DNA of 39,821 nucleotides from a virus (Duplodnaviria; Heunggongvirae; Uroviricota; Caudoviricetes): IMG/VR virus record IMGVR_UViG_3300045988_152494, positions 1 to 39,821 of that record; one strand, 5' to 3'. Shown piece by piece: positions 36,179 to 39,821 of this stretch (position 1 is its first letter; each line of letters starts with the position of its first letter). The notes under the pieces were generated by a model. It saw only the letters and a program-made list of their open reading frames with translations, ran no database searches and was not told where the DNA came from. The position numbers and the translations under genes were made by a program.

Positions 36179-39157
36179 CTATTTTTTGTACAAAGCGGTA
36201 TCGACTGTACGTAATGAGCGGTATTTTCCGGATCCCAGCTTAAGATTATTACGCCAGACGTAATCTCCACTCAGATTGATATGTTCCCAGCCCAGGGGAG
36301 AAAGATGAGAGACCAGTTGCTCATTTATCGGGATACCCTTTCGTTTTAGTGACTCAATAGCTCTTTCTATATATACCGTGTTCCACAACGTGATCGCCGC
36401 TGTCAGTAATGTCAGCCCGCTGGCGCGATAACTCTGATTCTCCAGCCCACGATCCCTTATTTCACCCAGACGGTGCAAAAAGACCGCTCGAGCAAGGGCA
36501 TTACGGGCCTCACCCTTATTCAGCCCCGCCTGCACGCGTCGGCGCAGACCGGGATCACGGAACCAGTCCAGCATAAATAGTGTCCGTTCGATGCGGCCAA
36601 TCTCTCTCAGCGCTTTGGCAAGTCCATTCTGTTTTGGGTAACTGGCTAACTTTTTCATCATCAGTGATGCGGTGACTGTCCCCTGCTTAATCGAGGTTGC
36701 CAGGCGCAATACCTCATCCCAGTGCGACTCAATGTATTTGATATTCAGGCAGGTTGTTGATATGACAGACTGAAGCCCCGGATAGCGCTCGGCCTTTCCA
36801 TGAATAAACAGCCGCTTGTCATGAAGATCACGGATTCTTGGCGCAAAAGCGAATCCCAGCAGGTGCATCAGGGCGAAAACATGTTCAGTGAAGCCTGCGG
36901 TATCGGTGTAATGCTCGGTAATTTCCAGATCGCTTTCATGGTACAGCAGGCCATCAAGCACGTGGGTTGAGTCGCGCACCCGGCTGATCACTTTGGCGTA
37001 GAACGGGCTGTATTGGTCTGAGATATGCGTATAAATCTGCACGCCCGGCTCCTGACCATATTTAAGATTGACCTGACCGGCATAACGCCCGTGACTGCCT
37101 ACCCGAAAGTTCTGCCCGTCTGACGACGATGTTGTCCCGTCGCCCCAGAATGCGGCCAGAGGCCGCGCTTTCTGAGCGTTGACCAGCTCGGCCAGTGCCG
37201 CTGAATAAGTTTCATCTCTGATGTACCATGCCTGAATACTTTCGAGTGACGATCTTGTGGCCCCAGGGCAGGATTCCGCCATTTTTGTCAGCCCAAGGTT
37301 GATGCCGTCAGCCAGAATGGTGGTCAGCAACAGTCTTCCGTCTTTTGGTCTGACGTTATTATTTTTGAGGTGCGCGAAGTGACGCGTAAATCCCGTCCAG
37401 CTATCAACTTCTTCCAGTATCTCCGTAATTTTCGGATGGGGAAGCATGCCATAGACCAAATCTGCAAAGGGCGAAACACCTGAAGGAACGCTGTTCTCCA
37501 GTGGAGTGATTTTTACGCCTTTATCTGAGATATCAACATCGGGCAAATCACCGGCAAGCGCCATCGCGTTAACTTCTTCCAGCCGAGATGCAAGAAGAGT
37601 CATACGGGCCTGAAGGTATGCCTGGCTATCGGTCTGAACGGCCAACTGTAACTGGTCATTATGTCGGGATTTCTCAAACTCAGCAGTCGGGATGAGATAA
37701 TCATCAAAATTTTTGTAGCGGCGCGATCCTTTTACCCAGATATCACCGGAACGTAATGCACCCTTGAGTTCATTCAGTACGCAAAACTCGTAGTACTTGC
37801 GGTCGATGCCTGAAGGCGTGAGCACCAGTTTTCGCCAGCTTTCAGGGATAAACCCTGTTGGCGCCGATGGCGGCACTTTACGAAGTTGTTTACGGTACAT
37901 TTCCGTTATGGTGTCCAGCGCATCGCTGAGCGCCTGCGCCGCAGGTGTCGCCATGAACTGCAATGCTGACAGCATCCGCGGGGCATATTTACGCAGCGTA
38001 CTGTATTTTTCGGTGATCAGATGAAGCGCGTCGAAATTGCCCTTACGGGAAAGAAACCGCGTTTCTTCCACGCTGTTGATGAATTCCTGCCAGGGAAGGA
38101 CATCTTCTATTGCAGTCCAGGGATCTTCCCCGGATTCTCTGGCGTTAAGTAACGCCTGCCCGACGGTAACGTACTGCTTCAGCTTGCTCTGAATAAGCTT
38201 TCCCGTTTGCTGGAGCCGTTCGGCCTGCGTGCGTTTTGCCCTGCTGAACAGACTACCCAAGATACGCTCGTGCAGATCAATCACTTCGTCAGTCAGAGTG
38301 GCCCTGGCCTCTATTATTATACAAACCAGCGTAGCGTAACGTCTGACATCGGTGAATTTTGCCAGGTCCCTGCTGCTCATTTTCCGGCCCTCACGCGCCA
38401 GTTTAAGCAACCTGTTCTGGTGAACGGAAAGCGCAATACCATCAGGCAACCCCAGCGCAGCGATGGAATTAAGCCGGTCGATATGTTGCAGCACATTTTT
38501 ACCGTTTATTTTACCCGGAGGCTGTAGCAGCCATGCCAGACGGGAAGGTTGTTCACCCTCTGATATGAGCAGGCTGTCGAGTGCTGATTTATGCTGCTTT
38601 TCCAGTTGCGCGGTAAGTGTCGAAAATACCGATCTGTTAGCGAGCGTGACGACTTCGGCAAGCGTCCGTTCGATCACTTCAACAGAAGGGAAAATAACAT
38701 TATTGTTATGTAGCCAGCTGAGCATTTCTTCCGCCAGCATAAATCCTTTGTCAGTTCGCATGGCATCGGGGTGCAGATGACGGATACAGTCTTTTTGCAT
38801 TGACCGGCTGAACGGGGATAGTTCCAGGTAGCGATAAAGTTCGGTCAGATGTTCCCAGCGGGTTTGCTCTCTGGATGCATATTCCGGCCATAAATCAGGC
38901 TGAAGTTTCAGTCGGGAAGCAACCCTGGTTACAACGCCATTGTGAGGAGCACTGCTTTTGTCCGGAATAAATCCGGGTCCACGCAGATAACAGAGTAATA
39001 CAGCAAAGCCCAGGCGATTCGCTGGCCGTCGGTGCTTATTAATGAGCGCAATATCCGGTTCGTTCAGAAAACACATTCGGGTCAGAATAATTTCATCATC
39101 TGGTATAACCAGTAAGCGTTCCTGCTCTTCACTGCTCAGTATCTGTCGCCGTGGCAT
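36179..39157 (-). CDS. tnpA: Tn3-family transposase TnpA (Tn21-subgroup-like)
   Basis: 992-aa ORF; N-terminus MPRRQILSSEEQERLL...RRPANRLGFAVLLCYLR and internal ...LLEVDEWTGFTRHFTHLK-like segment (here EEVDSWTGFTRHFAHLK) match recalled Tn21 TnpA. Confidence 0.9.
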   Translation of the reverse strand: MPRRQILSSEEQERLLVIPDDEIILTRMCFLNEPDIALINKHRRPANRLGFAVLLCYLRGPGFIPDKSSAPHNGVVTRVASRLKLQPDLWPEYASREQTRWEHLTELYRYLELSPFSRSMQKDCIRHLHPDAMRTDKGFMLAEEMLSWLHNNNVIFPSVEVIERTLAEVVTLANRSVFSTLTAQLEKQHKSALDSLLISEGEQPSRLAWLLQPPGKINGKNVLQHIDRLNSIAALGLPDGIALSVHQNRLLKLAREGRKMSSRDLAKFTDVRRYATLVCIIIEARATLTDEVIDLHERILGSLFSRAKRTQAERLQQTGKLIQSKLKQYVTVGQALLNARESGEDPWTAIEDVLPWQEFINSVEETRFLSRKGNFDALHLITEKYSTLRKYAPRMLSALQFMATPAAQALSDALDTITEMYRKQLRKVPPSAPTGFIPESWRKLVLTPSGIDRKYYEFCVLNELKGALRSGDIWVKGSRRYKNFDDYLIPTAEFEKSRHNDQLQLAVQTDSQAYLQARMTLLASRLEEVNAMALAGDLPDVDISDKGVKITPLENSVPSGVSPFADLVYGMLPHPKITEILEEVDSWTGFTRHFAHLKNNNVRPKDGRLLLTTILADGINLGLTKMAESCPGATRSSLESIQAWYIRDETYSAALAELVNAQKARPLAAFWGDGTTSSSDGQNFRVGSHGRYAGQVNLKYGQEPGVQIYTHISDQYSPFYAKVISRVRDSTHVLDGLLYHESDLEITEHYTDTAGFTEHVFALMHLLGFAFAPRIRDLHDKRLFIHGKAERYPGLQSVISTTCLNIKYIESHWDEVLRLATSIKQGTVTASLMMKKLASYPKQNGLAKALREIGRIERTLFMLDWFRDPGLRRRVQAGLNKGEARNALARAVFLHRLGEIRDRGLENQSYRASGLTLLTAAITLWNTVYIERAIESLKRKGIPINEQLVSHLSPLGWEHINLSGDYVWRNNLKLGSGKYRSLRTVDTALYKK

Positions 39158-39316
39158 AAATGCTTCCCTCGCGTATAGTTTTCATCTGTTATTTGTTCGC
39201 TGTGACCGAAACCGGTCGGTTTCGTACATCACTTACAGCACATGTCCGAAACTTAGCGAAATTAATTTCGGACACACGTTATAATTCGGACACCCATTTC
39301 GTACGGAAAGTTTCCC
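39158..39316. promoter_or_regulatory. res-like resolution site / divergent tnpA-tnpR promoter region
   Basis: Dyads CGAAACCG-GT-CGGTTTCG and GTCCGAAA...TTTCGGAC plus a third TTCGGACAC copy in the 159-bp spacer between divergent tnpA and tnpR. Confidence 0.55.
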
Positions 39317-39769
39317 ATGTCACGTGTTTTTGCCTACTGCAGGGTCTCAACTCTGGAACAGACCACAGAAAACCAGCGTCGTGAAATTGAAGCGGCAGGT
39401 TTTGCCATCAGATCCCAACGACTTATTGAGGAGCATATCAGTGGCTCGGTTGCTGCCAGCGAACGCCCCGGATTTATCCGGTTGCTAGATCGCATGGAAA
39501 ATGGGGATGTACTGATTGTCACCAAACTTGACCGTCTGGGTCGTAATGCGATGGATATCCGAAAAACAGTAGAGCAACTGGCGGCTTTAGATATTCGCGT
39601 TCATTGTCTCGCACTCGGAGGCGTTGACTTGACCAGTCCGGCCGGAAAAATGACTATGCAGGTAATTTCTGCTGTAGCGGAGTTTGAGCGGGATTTGCTG
39701 CTTGAGCGAACGCATTCAGGTATTGCGAGGGCAAAAGCGGCTGGAAAACGCTTCGGTCGCCCTCCCTAG
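39317..39769 (+). CDS. tnpR: Serine resolvase TnpR, C-terminally truncated (HTH domain missing)
   Basis: 150-aa ORF with catalytic-domain N-terminus ([10 protein letters not shown]...), ending ...GKRFGRPP then TAG supplied by the IS2 terminus; resolvases normally carry ~40 more residues of HTH. Confidence 0.8.
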   Translation: MSRVFAYCRVSTLEQTTENQRREIEAAGFAIRSQRLIEEHISGSVAASERPGFIRLLDRMENGDVLIVTKLDRLGRNAMDIRKTVEQLAALDIRVHCLALGGVDLTSPAGKMTMQVISAVAEFERDLLLERTHSGIARAKAAGKRFGRPP

Positions 39770-39821
39770 ACTGGCCCCCTGAATCTCCAGACAACCAATA
39801 TCACTTAAATAAGTGATAGTC
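39767..39821 (+). mobile_element. IS2 left end (IRL; element continues beyond window)
   Basis: TAGACTGGCCCCCTGAATCTCCAGACAACCAATATCACTTAAATAAGTGATAGTC matches the recalled IS2 left terminus. Confidence 0.65.

Larger units (their letters stand above)
36140..39766 (-). mobile_element. Tn3-family transposon (partial: IR-tnpA-res-tnpR, interrupted by IS2)
   Basis: Terminal IR, 992-aa DDE transposase, intergenic res-like repeats and divergent serine resolvase; the far end lies beyond IS2 and the window. Confidence 0.7.

Noticed and set aside
1..39821. CRISPR arrays or rRNA genes
   Set aside because: No arrays of regularly spaced direct repeats with unique spacers and no rRNA-like conserved stretches were seen; the only short repeat sets are the ori iterons and the operator and res dyads.

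Overview
The window is an Enterobacteriaceae (most likely E. coli/Shigella) chromosomal segment dominated by a mosaic, probably defective lambdoid prophage, followed by a second integrase-bearing island. All calls are from reading the sequence and recalled protein families; no searches were run. From left to right: (1) the right end of an IS3 copy (1..193) that cuts a phage baseplate gene; (2) a minus-strand late operon with a Mu-like contractile tail module, an HK97-like head module, P27-type small and large terminase and an HNH endonuclease, with a likely cos region between HNH and terS; (3) a bor lipoprotein moron and a lambda-type lysis cassette (S, R, Rz/Rz1); (4) a Q-like antiterminator and a DLP12-type nin module (ybcN-ninE-ybcO-rusA-ylcG), a 2.2 kb AT-rich three-gene cargo insert, truncated ren, lambda P and a hybrid O with ori iterons; (5) an immunity region with YdaT-like and Cro/YdaS-like genes divergent from a CI-like S24 repressor; (6) a low-GC 535-aa SIR2-like gene in the rex position between cI and the putative OL/PL, the strongest candidate for a novel single-gene defence system; (7) lambda gam-bet-exo, accessory ORFs, and P22-type xis/int ending at a 49-nt tRNA-Thr 3' fragment (att core); (8) a second tyrosine integrase with AT-rich membrane-protein cargo; (9) a Tn3-family transposon (38-bp IR, Tn21-like tnpA, res, divergent tnpR) whose resolvase is truncated by an IS2 left end at the window edge. 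No rRNA, CRISPR array or intact tRNA was seen.
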